This document shows positions 25,885-40,378 of a DNA stretch of 64,000 nucleotides, piece by piece; within the stretch, counting starts at the first letter, position 1, and each line of letters starts with the position of its first letter. A program made the position numbers and the translations under genes. Under the pieces are notes generated by a model. The model ran no database searches. It saw only the letters and a program-made list of their open reading frames with translations, and had not been told where the DNA came from. Origin of the DNA: Octopus vulgaris (taxonomy: Eukaryota); assembly GCA_951406725.2 (NCBI GenBank), contig OX597823.1, forward strand, positions 114,266,001 to 114,330,000, written 5' to 3'.

Positions 25885-27006
25885 GTTAAAATTTATTTAT
25901 ATTTGAAATTATACATTTAAATTACTTATTAATTATTATAATGTGAATATTTGATATTTAGTAGACACGCCCTTACATTAATATATATATATATATATAT
26001 GAAGGAAATAAAGGAAGTTGGATATGCACAGAAAGTGTATGAGATTTATTTATATTATATTAATATTGCTGCACTTCACCGGGCTCCATTACTTGAATTT
26101 CAGAATGTAACTTTCGTAGGGTGTTGAGATAGATAGATAGATACGAATGGACTGTATATTTCACTCAATATTCGTTACCAACGCAGCAGGAATTAAATCT
26201 ATTCTATTAATGATTGAAACTTAGACGTAATAAGATTTTGTGTTTCTATGTAATGGCGGTCATCATATTCTCGCCTAACTATACACATAACAGCCATAAT
26301 TCTTGTCGATAGCCGTACACAAATTCATTAAGAACATATTATCTACCGTAAAGTAATGCAGCGGCAATAACAGCATCAACTGTATTAAGATAGGGGCCCC
26401 ATTCAAGCTTAGATGATGGCGGAGGCGAACCACAGAAGGAACATGGGGATAAAGGAGAGAATAAAAAGGGGCGGGCAAGGGACGAAATCTAGTCAATTAA
26501 TCTTCCGTCTGTTGCTACTAATTCGTAATTTAATGTTACAAAATCACCAAGGAATGAATGGCAATCCAGATTGGAATCTCTGGAAAGCACACTGGCTATT
26601 CTAATTAGATCTGGTCATTATTAGAGTCCTGATGATGATGATGATGATGATGATAATGAAAAAAAATGATGACGATGATGATGTGGATGATGATGATAGT
26701 GGTGGTGTTGATAATGGTGGTGGTGGTGGTGGTGGTGGCGTTGGGTGGTGGGTGGTAATGATTATAGTAAAGACTCGCTTTCATTAAATATCAGCCTTAA
26801 TTTGGATGCGGCTAGTAATTTAAAACAAGTGCATTAATGTAATATCTTTTGTCCTGGGAGAGAGGAAATAGAATCGGTTCTAGCAGCTCTTGAACCTTGA
26901 AGAAAACTAGATCGCTAGATATCATTACCACGGCACAGCTCATTTGGATGTTAACTAAGATATTCCCCTTTCTCAGTTATATTAGTAATAAACAGCAACA
27001 AAAATC

Positions 27007-27375
27007 ATGATGATGATGATGATGATTTTAAGAAGACGAAGAAATGAAGAAGAAGAAGAAGAAGAAGAAAATGAAGAAAAAGAAGAAATGAAGATGAAGA
27101 AGGAGGAGGAGGAGGAAGAAGAAAATGAAGAAAAAGAAGAAATGAAGATGAAGAAGGAGGAGGAGGAGGAAGAAGAAAATGAAGAAGAAGAAGAAGAAGA
27201 AGAAGATGAAGATGAAGATAAAGAAAAAGAAGAAGAAGAAGGAGAAGGACAAGATGAAGAACAAGAACAAGAACAAGAACAAGAAAAAGAAGAAGAAGAA
27301 GAAGAAGAAGAAGAAGAAGAAGAAGAAGAAGAAGAAGAAGAAGAAGACGAAGAAGAAGAAGTAGAAGAAGAAGAG
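27007..27375. repeat. (GAT)n/(GAA)n purine-rich microsatellite
   Basis: Triplet repeats that give the poly-E and poly-K pseudo-ORFs. Confidence 0.95.
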
Positions 27376-27789
27376 GATCGTTAATTAGGCTTATTACATG
27401 CTTACCATTACTCTGGCAATCAATTCCTGCTCTCATAGCACAGAGAGTGTATTTAGTACGAGAGCATCAAAAAGTATGCTGTAAACAGTCAAAGGGGAGC
27501 AGTTCACCTGTTGTACATCGACAGCTTGATACTAAATGGGGTACAGTCGGTTGATAGACTACTAGAAAGCATATGATAACGTACCAGTTTGGACTCTTGG
27601 TCTGCCTGCGGACTCTTAAGATTCTTCAGAATATTAGCGGTTTGTTTAGAAAAAGCACTGTGTTCATGGGAAGTGGAAATAAAAGGCGGAAATAATTCAT
27701 CTGGTAAAGGGAAAATACGGTGGAGCAAATTTCATACAGCCTCGCTGTTTTCGTTACCCTTCGCAGTTGTGTTTATCTTTCTGACAACT

Positions 27790-28900
27790 CACTGAGAAAA
27801 CCCAGGCCTGCGTATGAGCTGCCAAAACCATGGTGAAACCGAATCCCCTGCTATAAATGGATTCCCTCGAACTGATTACAAGAGATAGAAAAAATAATCT
27901 GGATTCTCTTATCCAAACAATAATAATATTTCTGAAAAGTATTGGTTTGCAATTTCAGTTAAATAAGTGTGCAATTTTCTTTTTACGAGAGATAAAAATC
28001 ATATACTCTTTTAATCTTTTACTTGTTTCAGTCATTTGACTGTGGCCATGCTGGAGCACCGCCTTTAGTCGAGCAAATCGACCCCGGGACTTATTCTTTG
28101 TAAGCCTACTACTTATTCTATCGGTCTCTTTTGCCTAACCGCCAAGTTACACCAGCATCGGTTGTCAAGCGATGCTGGGGGGACAAACACAGACACACAA
28201 ACATATGCACACACACACACACACACACACATACACACACATGTATATATATATACATATATACGACGGGCTTTTTTCAGTTTCCGTCTACCAAATCCAC
28301 TCACAATGCTTTGTTCGGCCCGAGGCTATAGTAGAAGACACTTGCCCAAGGTTCCACGCAGTGGGACTGAACCCAGAACCATGTGGTTGGTAAGCAAGCT
28401 ACTTACCACACAGCCACTCCTGCGCCTTTCATATAGTCTAAAAGTTGCCACATGGTATAAAATTACAACAAAATGATAATATTATATCGCTGTAAAATAA
28501 TGACTGACGCAGTTAAGAAGGTGTACTGCAAGGTGATTGAATAATGGAAAGAGAAACGAGAGAGTAGGTCTCCACGATGTAAAGAGACGGATTGGGAAGG
28601 TGCTCGAAATGAAAATCAATGAAGGGAATACCGGAGTTAAGATAAGTCTAACCTTAACTAAAATAGACTAAGAAAGAGAGCTTACAAAGAAATAAATATA
28701 AGAACCAGGAAGCTGCTTTCAGGGTAAATTGTCCAGCACCTAAAAGCAATATCAACAGATTCTACTTACTAAGAAAATGAGGCAGAAATTTGATAATCAG
28801 AGACGGCAACATTAAAAGGGCACAATGCAAAGAGTGAGTGATTACAAGAAAGGAAGGGGGAAATCACGGGCAAATAGGGGGAAGACAAATAATTATATTG
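27790..28900 (+). mobile_element. Highly degenerate R4/Dong-type LINE fragment interrupted by a SINE
   Basis: LDSLIQT...IGLQFQLNKCA resembles the post-YxDD 'IGM.FG..KC' RT segment. The remainder is heavily mutated. Confidence 0.4.
28006..28427 (-). mobile_element. Family-B CORE-type SINE, full length
   Basis: Minus strand aggcgcaggagtggctgtgtggtaag...ggttcagtccc...accttgggcaagtgtctt (CORE-like). Candidate TSD tcatata at 27999-28005 and 28429-28435. Confidence 0.85.
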
Positions 28901-29682
28901 CCAATTCATACAAGATTTGGAAATGGTGAACGCTGGTTGTGGCTGACACGAGAATACAGTGCTGCTCCTCCAATAGTTAACGATCCAGGAATTTCTTCCT
29001 TTCCGTTAATAAGAACATTAATCTAGATCTATTCTTTTATAGCACCCTGTCAGCTTTTATCAAATGTCCTTGAACACTACCATGGTCGGCTGCTTCCTAG
29101 TTTCACATCATTCTACTTGTCGCATATTTTCTTTTTCAATTCTAAGTTCTTATTTTCTTGGTTGAGAAACAAACTCCTTCAGCTCTTGTATTCACTCAGT
29201 CTCGCCATTCTCTTGCTTTTCTGTGTTCACACCATTTGCATGTCACTTTCCCCGCTTATTTCTTGATTAAATGTCTTCTGGTCACTTTGAAATAATCTAG
29301 TTTGCCTATAATACTTCCCTTTTTGATCATGTCTTGTTTTTGACGTATTAATTCTTCATTTACAACATTCAGCCCGTTTCTACCAACGACATCTTTTCTA
29401 CAATCAATCCTATTTATAACTATGTCTAAGCTCACCTTGTCTATTTCTTTTTGATACCGATATATCACCAACAGTCTTTTCTATATTCTGTTATATTGGT
29501 CTTTTTCAACAACGGTCTTTGTATATTTCTCGCACCGTTTGCTTTTATCATTAACTTTTAGTTCCAAGTTTTCCACTGTAACTCTAGCTTCCTTAGTAAC
29601 TATATTGGTCTCTGTAATGCTGTTTCTCCTTATGTGTTCCAAACTTTTATTCGCAGTAATTGTTTCTTCGTTATATTTCCAC

Positions 29683-29757
29683 TCTTTTAATCTTTTACTT
29701 GCTTTAGTTATTTGACTGTGGCCATCCTGGAGCACCACTTTTAGTCGAGCAAATCGA
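29683..29757 (-). mobile_element. 3' fragment of family-B SINE
   Basis: tcttttact...tttgactgtggccatcctggagcacc...tttagtcgagcaaatcg matches 28006-28080. Confidence 0.7.
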
Positions 29758-31777
29758 GCATATCTCAGTCTTTACTTTTCCTTTGCATAATATCGGTGGC
29801 GTGAAGTGAGGAGACCAGCACACGTAGGTGACAGCTAGTCTTCCTCAAACAGCCTTGTCCAGACTTTTGTCTTGCTGGTGGGGAACTTTCTAGGATACAA
29901 TCTTATAACCCTTCAACCGAAAAGTCTTCTTATAACCGAAAAGTCTTTATGTACATATATATACGCTTGTGTATATGAGTTTTAAATTTGGCGAAGTACT
30001 TTTTCCTTATTTCACGTTTGTTGCTCTAAAATTAATCTTGACATGCTATATCAAAGAAGAAAAACCAAAAATTAACAGAGTTTTCCTTTGATGCAGATTA
30101 CTACATAATACTATGTTGTAAATTTGCAGTTACTCGTATCAGTATCCGTATTTTTGTAGTACTTTAACAAATAGCATCTGCTTTCATGGTGCTGTAAGCT
30201 CATTATTTCCATTTTTTTTTTGTTAGAATTAGAATTATTAGAGTCTTTAAATAGTGCAAAGCCTTTTTTTTTTTAGTCCATAGTACTGTAGTGTTTTATT
30301 TAGTTTCGTAGTTGTAGCGTGATTCGAGCGCATAAAATTAAACTTAAAATTAGATAGCTAATCCACATCTTGTTCTTAAATTCTTTGATAAGGAAAAGAG
30401 CATTGTACTTTCAGTTTCTAGCAGAGGCTGAAATTTTTGAATGAAAGGATGAGTTGATTACATTGTCACCAGTACATCATTGGTTCATTTTCATTTTCAG
30501 CAAAATTATGAAATTTGAAATTGACCTCACTGGGATCTGAACATGGAATGAAGAGGGTCATCGCTTATACTAGAAATCATTCTGTCAACTGCTTCACCGA
30601 TTTTTCCACTCCATTGCACTAAGAAGCGTAAGGACTACAGCTGTTTAGCTTTGTTTAATGTGTCAGTAATTAAGAGAAAGTGTGTCTGCTCTGAGGAGTA
30701 ATTTACTTAATGAACTAGAACATTAGAAACATTGATATATGGGATTTTGTGGCACAAATGTGAAATATATTTATGGTGTGATGTTTAGAAAGCTGATATC
30801 CCAGGTAGCATGATCAGGCAACATTCATGCGTTCGGTTCCGGTTATAAGAACACCCTCTTCGATGAAACAGCTAGGAAGACCCCTAATGCATTATTCTTG
30901 CCATTATGTTTTTTTTTTAATGATACATTTTTAATGACAATGGGTTTATCTTATCTAAACTATAGTCGCTCCGACATACTATTGTTTCTATAATTGACCG
31001 CTACGTGCATGCACGCCATCAGTAATGTTCACTTAAGGTGCAATGATGCTTGCAAGCAAAATTCGCCGGACATGATTCATCTAAGTGAACGTGTTCTGTC
31101 AACTTACCACATAGCACCATATCCGGTCACGATGCTCTGATCCTTGCAGTTATTATATTAGCCACGGCTAATATGATGACAATGAAATCTACAGTTGTTT
31201 AGCATTACTGATGTTATCTTCTGTGAACAGAATTTAAAAGAAATCATCATTATTCTGTTTCAGTAACCGAGCTGTTGCTCTTGCTAACTGAACAAGTTCG
31301 GTTTCGTTATTTCTAATGTGTTGTCTTTCATCAAAGAAAATGAATATTCATGAACAAATGGATATATTTAGAAAAAGCAGGAGTTTGTCTTTATTTCCAT
31401 ATCCTTAATTAACAGAACAAAACTAAGGCAATAGATTGCCTCTGCTGGAGAGGAACAATTATTTATACAAATTCACGTCAAGGCAGCTGCAAAGAGTGAG
31501 GGCAATTATTACTGACTGAGTTAGGGCTTTATCTAGGAAGACGAGGTCTGTTTACAAATGCACTTTTAGAGGTGTTTAGTGTTTCCTTTTTATCTTATTT
31601 TAGTTTATCTTGTAACGCATGGAAGAATCAGAGAGTGAAGGAGGGCAGCCATTACTTTCCCATTACTTCCAATATTCCTGAAGCTACTGGAGTTTTCCTG
31701 GTGTAGACTGAATGTAAATTTCAGTTCATAATTGCCATTTATGTTAACGAATTTGACTACCGGGTTTTAAAAAAAAA

Positions 31778-31995
31778 GTGATGATAATGATGATGATGGT
31801 GGTGGTGGTGGTGGTGGCGATTGTGGTGATGATGATGATGATGAGGAGGAGGAGGAGGAGGAGGAGGATGAGGATGAGGATGAGGATGAGGATAAGGATG
31901 AGGATGAAGATGATGGTGATGATGAGGATGAGGATGAGGATGATGATGATGATGATGAGGAGGAGGAGGAGGTGGATGTGATGGTGATGGTGATG

Positions 31996-32030
<35 letters not shown>

Positions 32031-32150
32031 GTGATGGTGATATTGATGATGATGATGGTGTTGGCGGCGGTGGCGGTGGTGGCGTTGGCGGCGGTGGCGG
32101 TGGTGGCGTTGGCGGCGGTGGAGGAGGAGGAAGAGGAAGAGGCGGAGGAT
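31778..32150. repeat. Compound (GAT)/(GGT)/(GAG)/(GGC) triplet microsatellite
   Basis: Direct inspection. Confidence 0.9.
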
Positions 32151-32315
32151 GTTGTGACACTTTGCCAACAGAGTGCACTTTATGAGTGTAATGCCAAATA
32201 ACAATCATCACAACTGCGTTCATAACACCTGAGCCCCGAGTGAAATTGTCTTGCACAGCAAAAGTTCCTCTGCACCGCAGGGTCGACCTGGTCGTTATCT
32301 AAACACCGTTACAAG

Positions 32316-34207
32316 GGTTAGAAGAAAATAACAACAGGACTGTTACAGAAAGCTATTACAGAAGCGAACCTACCAAAGGAGGACACTGGAAAAAGACTGT
32401 TAGTTGTTAAAAAGGAATTAAGACAAGGAATGCAAGCAGAGTCGGGTAAAATGAAAACAAATACCAACAGAGAACACGTCAGTACCAGTAGAATAGACTT
32501 TTCAAGGGCAGCTAAAGAAAATTCTATAGAGAACTCTGCAAGGAAAAGGAACATCAGGGACATGATATGTCAGATGCTGAAGAAGAAAGGAAATTCTGGG
32601 TAGAAATCTGGAGCAAAGAAGTCCGACATAATATAACAGAAGTCTTGGTACGAAAATTTAAACCTGGAGAGATTCAAGCAAATATAATAATTACATATAA
32701 GAAAGTAAAGGAAATGATTTAGAAATTACCAAACATGAAATTACCCAAAGCAAATGCTCTCCCGAGTTTCTAGAATGTCCCAAGTATACATAGTTATAAA
32801 CAACCATTTTTTACTGAATGCGCAGGAAATGCAACGCCAAGGAAATGCGCAGTAACGATTATGAAGAGAGGCCGGAAGTAAACTCTGGTGGCATGAAATT
32901 ACCACGATACGTCATTAGATTGCTGTGGAATAATGAGTGGTACGAATACCTAGGAGAGTCGCAAGACGGTAGCATAATGAAAGGAGAGATAAGAGAGAAA
33001 GCCTCTAAAGAGTATTAGAGGAGAATTAGGAAGATATTCGAAACAAAATTAAATAAAAGAAATACCATGAAAGCCATAAATACATGAGCTATGCTATTAG
33101 CGAGACATTCTCCCCGCTTTCTAATGTGAATAAAGGTCGAGCTACAGAACATGGACAGAAGAACTAGAATGATGCTCACAATGCACAACTCAATACCGAC
33201 CGACTCTTCCTACGAAAATAGGAAGATGGCAGAAGATTACTAAGCTCAGAAGACACTATTAATACTGCAAACTGGGTCTAAAAGTTTATGTTGTGAAGAT
33301 TAAAAGAATACTATCAGTAGCCAGAGATAACCAAAAATTAACTGAAACAGTAGGAGAATTCCAAGAGGAAAGGAAAAGGAAGCAGCAGGATAAATAAATG
33401 GAAAGAAGTGGAATTGCACGGCCAATTCAAGCAACAAACCAAGAACGCTCGAAATAAAGACCGCTGGTTCTCACCGAGGAAAGGAAATTTGAAATGAGAG
33501 ATAGAAATTCTAATTATAGCAGCTCAGGAACAATCCCTTAGAACATATCCAATAAAAGCAAAGCCTAAAAATCCCAGCTAGACGGCAAATCTAGAATATG
33601 CAGGAAAGGAGACGGAAGTATCAGTCGTGTTTTGAATGGGTGCAGTATAGTAGCACAAAAAGAGTATAAGCGCAGACATGATTGTGTAGGCTAAAGAGTA
33701 CATTGGAATGTTGGCTGAGTGCGTGGCTTCGAAACAAAACAGTGCTATGTACACGAAACTTAGGTTGTGATAGAAAATGAAAATTACAAGATTTTGTGGA
33801 ATTTCCCATAAAGTCTTACCAGAAGACTGGATATAATCATAGAGGATAAAATAAAGACTATGGTCGGAGATCTTGTAAATCTTATGATACAAGAGTTAAT
33901 TCCAAAGTAATTTTTTAAAATATTGAGAAATGTTAGGATGTAGCCAGAGGGCCGTGGATACTGTTGAAGAGAAGGACAACAATTTGTCCAGCAGCAATTT
34001 GCTCACTTGGCTCAACACCAATCATACCGTCTAAGAGAATGAAAGCGATAGGAATTGAAACTTTCATTGTCGAACGCATCAAAGTACATTCCTAAATTCT
34101 GAAGGAATCCCAAGGAAGATTCTTGAGATTTCAGGAAACTTGTCACCAATCATCAAAATAAGATAACTTCTAACTAAATTACCGTGAACTCTGATACAAT
34201 ATAAATG
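32316..34207 (+). mobile_element. Degenerate R4/Dong-clade (restriction-like endonuclease) LINE, internally deleted
   Basis: Fragments across frames with stops: EERKFWVEIWSKEVRHN, YEYLG, KEY*RRIRKIFETKLN, AINT*A, LHGQF, IIAAQEQSLRT, and a decayed zinc-knuckle region. Confidence 0.75.
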
Positions 34208-34469
34208 TTTTGTCTTGGTGTAAAAGATGGGCCAGATCAAATATTCTGCTCAACACCACAGATCAACATACTCCTTTTTATCGACTCCGAAAGTATGAAA
34301 TGTATTATCGATCAGGGTGGAATGTGAACGCAGAACGTAAAGACGCTAAGCATTTTACCAGGAGTACAGATAATTCTGCCAGCTACCGCCTTAATAATAA
34401 TAATATTGATTTCGAATTTTGGCAGAAAGTCAGGAAATTTTGGGCAGGTTGTAAGCCGATTCTATAGCC

Positions 34470-34635
34470 CCTAGTGCTGAACTGGTACTTTTTTTTATCT
34501 GGTGCTTATTTTATCAACCCCGAAACGATGACAGACAAAGTCGACCTCGACAGAACTGAACTCAGAACGTAGACAGACGAAATGGCACTAAGCATTTTTT
34601 TCGCTGTACTAACAATTCTGCTAGCTCGCCGCCTT
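34470..34635 (-). mobile_element. Diverged family-A SINE
   Basis: aaagtcgacctcg...gaactcagaacgtagacagacgaaat...ctagctcgccgcctt is the reverse of the family-A head. Confidence 0.65.
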
Positions 34636-34636
34636 C

Positions 34637-34687
<51 letters not shown>

Positions 34688-34959
34688 GTAGTAGTAGCAG
34701 CTTGAATGACACCGCCTACGGCCATATCATAAGGCATTTGCACTGTTTACACGTACTGATGTCTAATTGGAACAAGATTGAAAGTGATATGGTAATGTCA
34801 TAGCTATTATAAACTAATAAAGTGAACCGAAACTGAAAATATTATATTACACACACATACATATGCGACGGAAATAAGAGAATTAGGCTAGAAACTTCCA
34901 TACGAATATTTAGCAGATGAAACTGAAAATGGTTTGTAAAAGTACAATGGATGAGTCTC

Positions 34960-35930
34960 TAATGAACTCAGCATATGACATAAGATATTAATGTACTAAC
35001 CGTCTGATTTGGAAACTACAGCTTCGATATAGTAGACTGGAATTTAAGTTAATTGATGAGCTTAGACAGAAAAGACACATAAAACTACTAAGAGCATACT
35101 TAAGCCACCTTCTCATGGCTGATACATATGGGGTGCATCTACCCTGCAGTAAATCGAGAAGAGTCTGAAACAAATGGAAACTATCACATGATAATGAGAA
35201 TGGGATTAAAAATACACTTAGAAAAAAAAAAGAGAATGTAAATATGATTTTTGTAATAAGGAAAGAAGAATAAAACAATTATTTTAAGTATAAAGGAAGC
35301 ATTGTACAAGATGGATACGACCTGCACTGAAATAATAGATTTAGATAAGAACAAAATTGCAGAAACGATAAAGAAAGAACGAAAGAAGAATGAAAATCTG
35401 CTTCCAAAAAATGCCCCGAGCCAAAAGAATAAATCAAAAGAACAACCAAGTTATATCTAGTAGCGCACAATATAAAAGAGAAAACGAACCAGCGTGAAAG
35501 CCAAATAATGGCTAAAAATCTCTGACTAAAAGTTAGTGCAGACTGTTTGAAATCAGCTTCACAGAAGCAATGCTTATGTACAAGAAAAAAATATAAAACA
35601 ATAATAATGAAAATATTATGCAAGTGCAGAGAGTGCAATCAGTACAATAACACCATTAATCTCGTCTTACGAAACCCAGTCTTTGCCATCCTTTCACTTC
35701 AACATAAAAACGGTTCGGAAATGCTATAAATTTGAAACAAACGCGGTACATGACAATGAACTGGCTGTATTTATCTGGGACATGACTGCCCGGATTGACA
35801 AGGATATCAAGGCATCTGAATGACTGTAACCAAAATATTATAAGAATCAAGGTGGAAAAATTCAGGGAACTGAAATAAGCAGGACATGAACCGTGAACCG
35901 AAAAAGAGTACCATAGCTGTCAACGTCAAA
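34960..35930 (+). mobile_element. Very degenerate LINE 3' region (probably R4/Dong-type)
   Basis: Remnants include a GVHLPCSK segment, ESQIMA, a CKCREC zinc-knuckle-like motif and a later 'WD' segment, with many stops. Confidence 0.35.
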
Positions 35931-36000
35931 TATAATCTGCAAAAATTAGCTCTGCTATATACAGCTCACATAATAATGAAGTTACTTTCGTTTTATTTTT

Positions 36001-36309
36001 TTTTTTTTTTGTTCCTTCTCGAGCCATGCCTAGGCTCATAAGGGCCTGTTTCCCGGTTTCTTGGCGTATAGGTTCCCCACCTGGACGGGACGCCGGTCCG
36101 TCGCAGGTGAGCTGCATGATGCAGGAGGAAAGAGTGAAATAAAGTTGTGGCGAAAGAGTCAGCAGACGTTCGCCATTACCTTCTGCCGGAGCCGCGTGGA
36201 GCTTAGGTGTTTTCGCTCATAAACACACACATCACCCGGTCTGAGATTCGAGCCCACGATTCCTCGACCGCGAGTCCGCTGCTCTAACCACTAGGCCGTG
36301 TGCATCCAC
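36001..36309 (-). mobile_element. Family-C tRNA-derived SINE
   Basis: Closely similar to 1780-2090 along its whole length, with a poly-A tail on the minus strand. Confidence 0.85.
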
Positions 36310-37049
36310 ATTCGGTTTAGTAGCATAACTGAAGCAGTACCCTTCTACACACCGCACGTACACTGTAAAATAACACCAGGCCAATAAGATACAACTCATA
36401 CAAAACATACTCTACAGAATCGCCAGCAAACAATATAAAACAACAGATATTCTAAACATTAAATAAACAATATAACACTGCACATATTTTATACAATCAC
36501 CAACTTGTAAAAATATAACTATACACTCATTAACATAATCGATACTCACTCGGAACAATATCACCATTTCATCCAAATCTCTTTCTACCCGGTTGTTACC
36601 GATTGCTCTAACTTCAGCAGCACGGTATACTCTTCAAACTTTCTGTTGGATATCGCAAAACAAAACCCTTTACACAGCTCATACGAAACATGAACATCAT
36701 CCAGCACAAGGAAATGCTCACATTACACAACACAGTCAGAACCAGTGTTTCCCAGTCTGAGGCCATGACAAAGTTAGATGTGGCCACAGAAATACTTGGA
36801 AATTAGCAGTGGACACAGATACAGAGATGGGGGATACACAGTTACCTCTATGTCCCTCAAATTTGCTGTTGCTATCTGTAATTCACCAAAATATATTCAC
36901 AACGTTACATAAACACACATACGCATTGTATTTTCTATATCTTAAGTTCCTTCATGATAGAAAAAAGGATTCATTCCATACTTTGAAAATTTATCATTTA
37001 TTTTTATAATTTATAATTAATATTTTATCAATAAAGTATGACGTTGGAA

Positions 37050-37720
37050 TTGGAAAATATTGCACGAATTAACTTCTATGTTACTGCTTTGAAGGACATA
37101 CATCCAGTGACATTCTCTAAGGTTAATTGCCTGCTTATGTTGGAATTTGGGACAATGTTTCAATGTTTCTGAATGGTAAGTAGCCTGGAAAAGAAATCCT
37201 AGCTGTGAACTTGAACATATTCTAACTTTCTGTTATATTTAAAGGCTAAATTTGCTGAACAAATACATCTTCAGAATAAACATTTTTCAAAGACGTTACT
37301 CGGCCTTTCCTTGGAAAACTTAATCTACACAAGGTAAATATTAGGAATAGAGACTGTATTCATTTTCTAATCCTTTACTATTAAGGAGCTGCAGGCGGTT
37401 GTTATTTTAGTGTACATAGGATACTTGACACAATTGCAAAATCATATGGAAATTGTGTAGAAAGTTCTGGAACTGAACATTACCAGATCCTGAGTTGCGG
37501 ATTAAACAAACAGCTCAGGCTAAATTAAATAGTGCACTCATTTACTTATGGACAAGTACTGAAATTGCTATGACATAACCAGCGCTTTACAGGAAGTAAC
37601 ATTTCATTGCACTTCCTTCTTCTCGCCCTTCTATGTCAGGTTTTACTAGGATATCTTTTCAAGTATCAAAAACTCATAATCGGTGATAAATTGTGAGTAG
37701 AAGTATTTTTGCTTGCCTCT
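37050..37720 (-). mobile_element. Possible hAT transposase remnant
   Basis: Weak minus-strand motifs LLPVKRWLCH (compare hAT 'VRWLS') and LSFQGK (compare 'L.LQG'). No intact ORF. Confidence 0.25.
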
Positions 37721-38169
37721 AAAATCTATGGATCATAGTGTTGAAAAACTTTCCAAACTGCATAAGGGATCTCACTAAATAGATATAATAAAATATGTTA
37801 TAGTTTATAAAGGTTTATATTTTTTATTCAAAAAGTAGTCTTTTTTAAAAATTATTTTCAAGGTGTTAATAGAAAATGTATTTTATTTGCGGGCGTTAGT
37901 CAATCAGGGCGTGATTTGAACTCAGAACATAAAGGGCCAGAAAACATACCACGTTAAAGATTCTTCCAGTTCGCTGCCTTTAATGATAATGACAATCTCT
38001 TTTATTACAGGTACAAGGTCTAAAATTTTGGTGGAGACAGTGATTTACATCGGCTCTAACGTTGGTACATCGACTGGTGCTTATTTCATGATCCCGGAAG
38101 AATGAAAGTCGAAATCAGTCTTGACGGACTTTGAACTCAGAACGTAGACAGACAAAATACCGGTCAGTA

Positions 38170-38395
38170 TTTTCAGGATGAACCACGATTTATTGTTGAT
38201 TATCGTATGGTCAACATTTAACTAGTTCACTAATAAGGTCTCTGAAATCTTTACCTGCCGGCAATGACGTGTTCCGCTTCCAGTAACCAGGTCCCTGTTT
38301 ATGAAGCCTATCTAACTCGACTGTACAGATCACGAACTTGTGGTCTGTGTAGTCGACTACTTTAAACAGTGGAGAACCTATGCTATCCAAATCTG
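38170..38395 (-). mobile_element. Tx1/L1-type LINE AP-endonuclease C-terminal fragment
   Basis: ORF 38211..38465 contains YTDHKFV (SDH-type motif) followed by GPGYWKRNTSL (GxxWKLN.SLL). Confidence 0.7.
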
Positions 38396-38399
38396 GTAT

Positions 38400-38935
38400 T
38401 TTACAGAATGCCATATCTAGTGGGAGGGTATCAAGTAAATGGAAGTCTCCAGAAAAGGATAACATTCCTAACTTCTGGTTGAATACATTCCCAGAGAGTC
38501 ATGAACTGCTAACAAAGCTTTACAACAATATTTTGCAACAACCTAGTACGATCCCCTTTTGCTAGTTATAGATGTTAATTCCTATTTCCAAAAACAATCC
38601 CAGAATTAGACGTACAGGAAACAAGCACAGAAAAGAACTAAGAGTGTGAAAACCCGGGATAAAAATGCTGCGTTAGATATTCTTACTGATAAATGGCAAG
38701 AAAAACCTCTCAATGGCAAATACCCACAAAGAGCTAATAATGGCGATGTTGACAAAGCCCTTACCCATCAATGGTTAATTTATTCTGGCTTAAAATCAAA
38801 AGCAGAAGGGTTTATTATAGTAGCCCAAGATCAATGCCTACCAGACCAACATATTAAAGAACGGCAATAGACCAGCATGTCGTGTATGTAAACAACAAAA
38901 TGAAACCATTGATCATGTTGTCTCCATGTGCAGAG
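38400..38935 (+). mobile_element. R4/Dong-type LINE fragment (internally deleted)
   Basis: WKSPEKDNIPNFWL (compare WK.PGPD...FW), KWQEKPLNGKY...QWL...AEGFIIVAQDQCL, CRVCKQQNETIDHVVSMC (CCHC knuckle). Confidence 0.78.
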
Positions 38936-40213
38936 TAGACAAAACAGTGTGAAGTTTCATATGATACGTAACAAACAAATAATGAAAATAATTAACAACA
39001 AGATTCTAACAAACTCAGTTACCGAGAAAAGAGCCACTCACAGCCAGTCAAGGAACTCTTATCAAGCATCAATGTTCCTAGCGTACATGGGCAATAGCCC
39101 TCACGCACTAATGGTTTGATGGTCTCAAGGTGTATGCTCAGAGTATCACATTCGCTACACTCACCTTTAGGAGAATATACCCTATCTGTTGGGGGAAACA
39201 GTGTCTTCCTCTCCGTCCTCATCTTTTTATTCAGTGAAGCTTCAGAACGTTGATGGTGATGTGGTCGAGGGGGATGCGCTAGTCTTCGGTCTCGTCCACC
39301 ATAGAACCTCTTTCTACATAGAAAATTCAATTTTGAGAGATCATGCGATCCCGTAAAAGTTCACTCATTGTCTGGATACAATGTTCGCTAATCAGAAACG
39401 CAACATTACCTGAATACTGTGGTTCGGAACGTAGTGTTATTTGCAAATATAGTTCCAGCGTTAACAGGTATATAATTTCGGTTTACGTTTTGATTTCCTT
39501 GCAATACGGATCATGTGAAACACTCACCGACACACACCATCCCTTTATATTTCTATCAGCACACATGCACACAAATAAAGCAAAATGTGAAAAACTTAAG
39601 AGATGTTTTGTAAAACGATCATGCTTTTCAGTAATGTACGGTATACAGAGAAAGTCAGCAGCATCTAATTTTACTGAATCATATATGAATAAAACAGTAG
39701 AGAATATCGACTAACTATTGTATTAGTCTAAACCTATATCTAAATATATGCTTAGCAATATCACGATTATAGTATCGGTTATTCTAAAGGAAGGCCGTGC
39801 GCTGTCATTTCCAAATAAGAGACGATTATTGAAGCAAATCTTACTGGAATTATAATTTGCATATCTACAGTAACTGATGAGTGAGTGGAGAGGTAAGATA
39901 TGGCGTGGTAGAGCGCCATTTGTCCATAGTTTTCTCGACGTGTTATATCCGGTCCAAAATGCTATTTCTACAGCATTTATTTACGACCGTATATCGATGA
40001 TGCAGTTACACTGCAGTATAACTAGGATGATTGTCAGTATACGTACATGACAGACACAGATGTATGTGTGTGTGTGTGTGTGTGTGTATAAATATATGTG
40101 TGTGTGTGTAATATTATGTATTAATTAACGTATGTAAACAAATGATCATATGTATAGTATGCATATTTGTATGTATCTGTGTGTGCATATATAAATATAT
40201 ATATATATATATA

Positions 40214-40330
40214 CTTTATTTAAAGCAGCAGAAAATTCAACAAAACCTGTTACTCTGAGCATATTACTCTACCATTGGTATTTGAGTACTCTTTTTTCCA
40301 CCTTGTTTCACATTTATGTGTTTACTCCGG
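40214..40330 (+). mobile_element. Internally deleted copy of the 51873-52092 mini fold-back element
   Basis: tttatttaaagcagcagaaa...ctgttactctgag is joined directly to catattactctacc...ggtatttgagtactctttttt...gtttcacatttatgtg. It sits in (TA)n. Confidence 0.7.
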
Positions 40331-40339
40331 TATATATAT

Positions 40340-40378
<39 letters not shown>
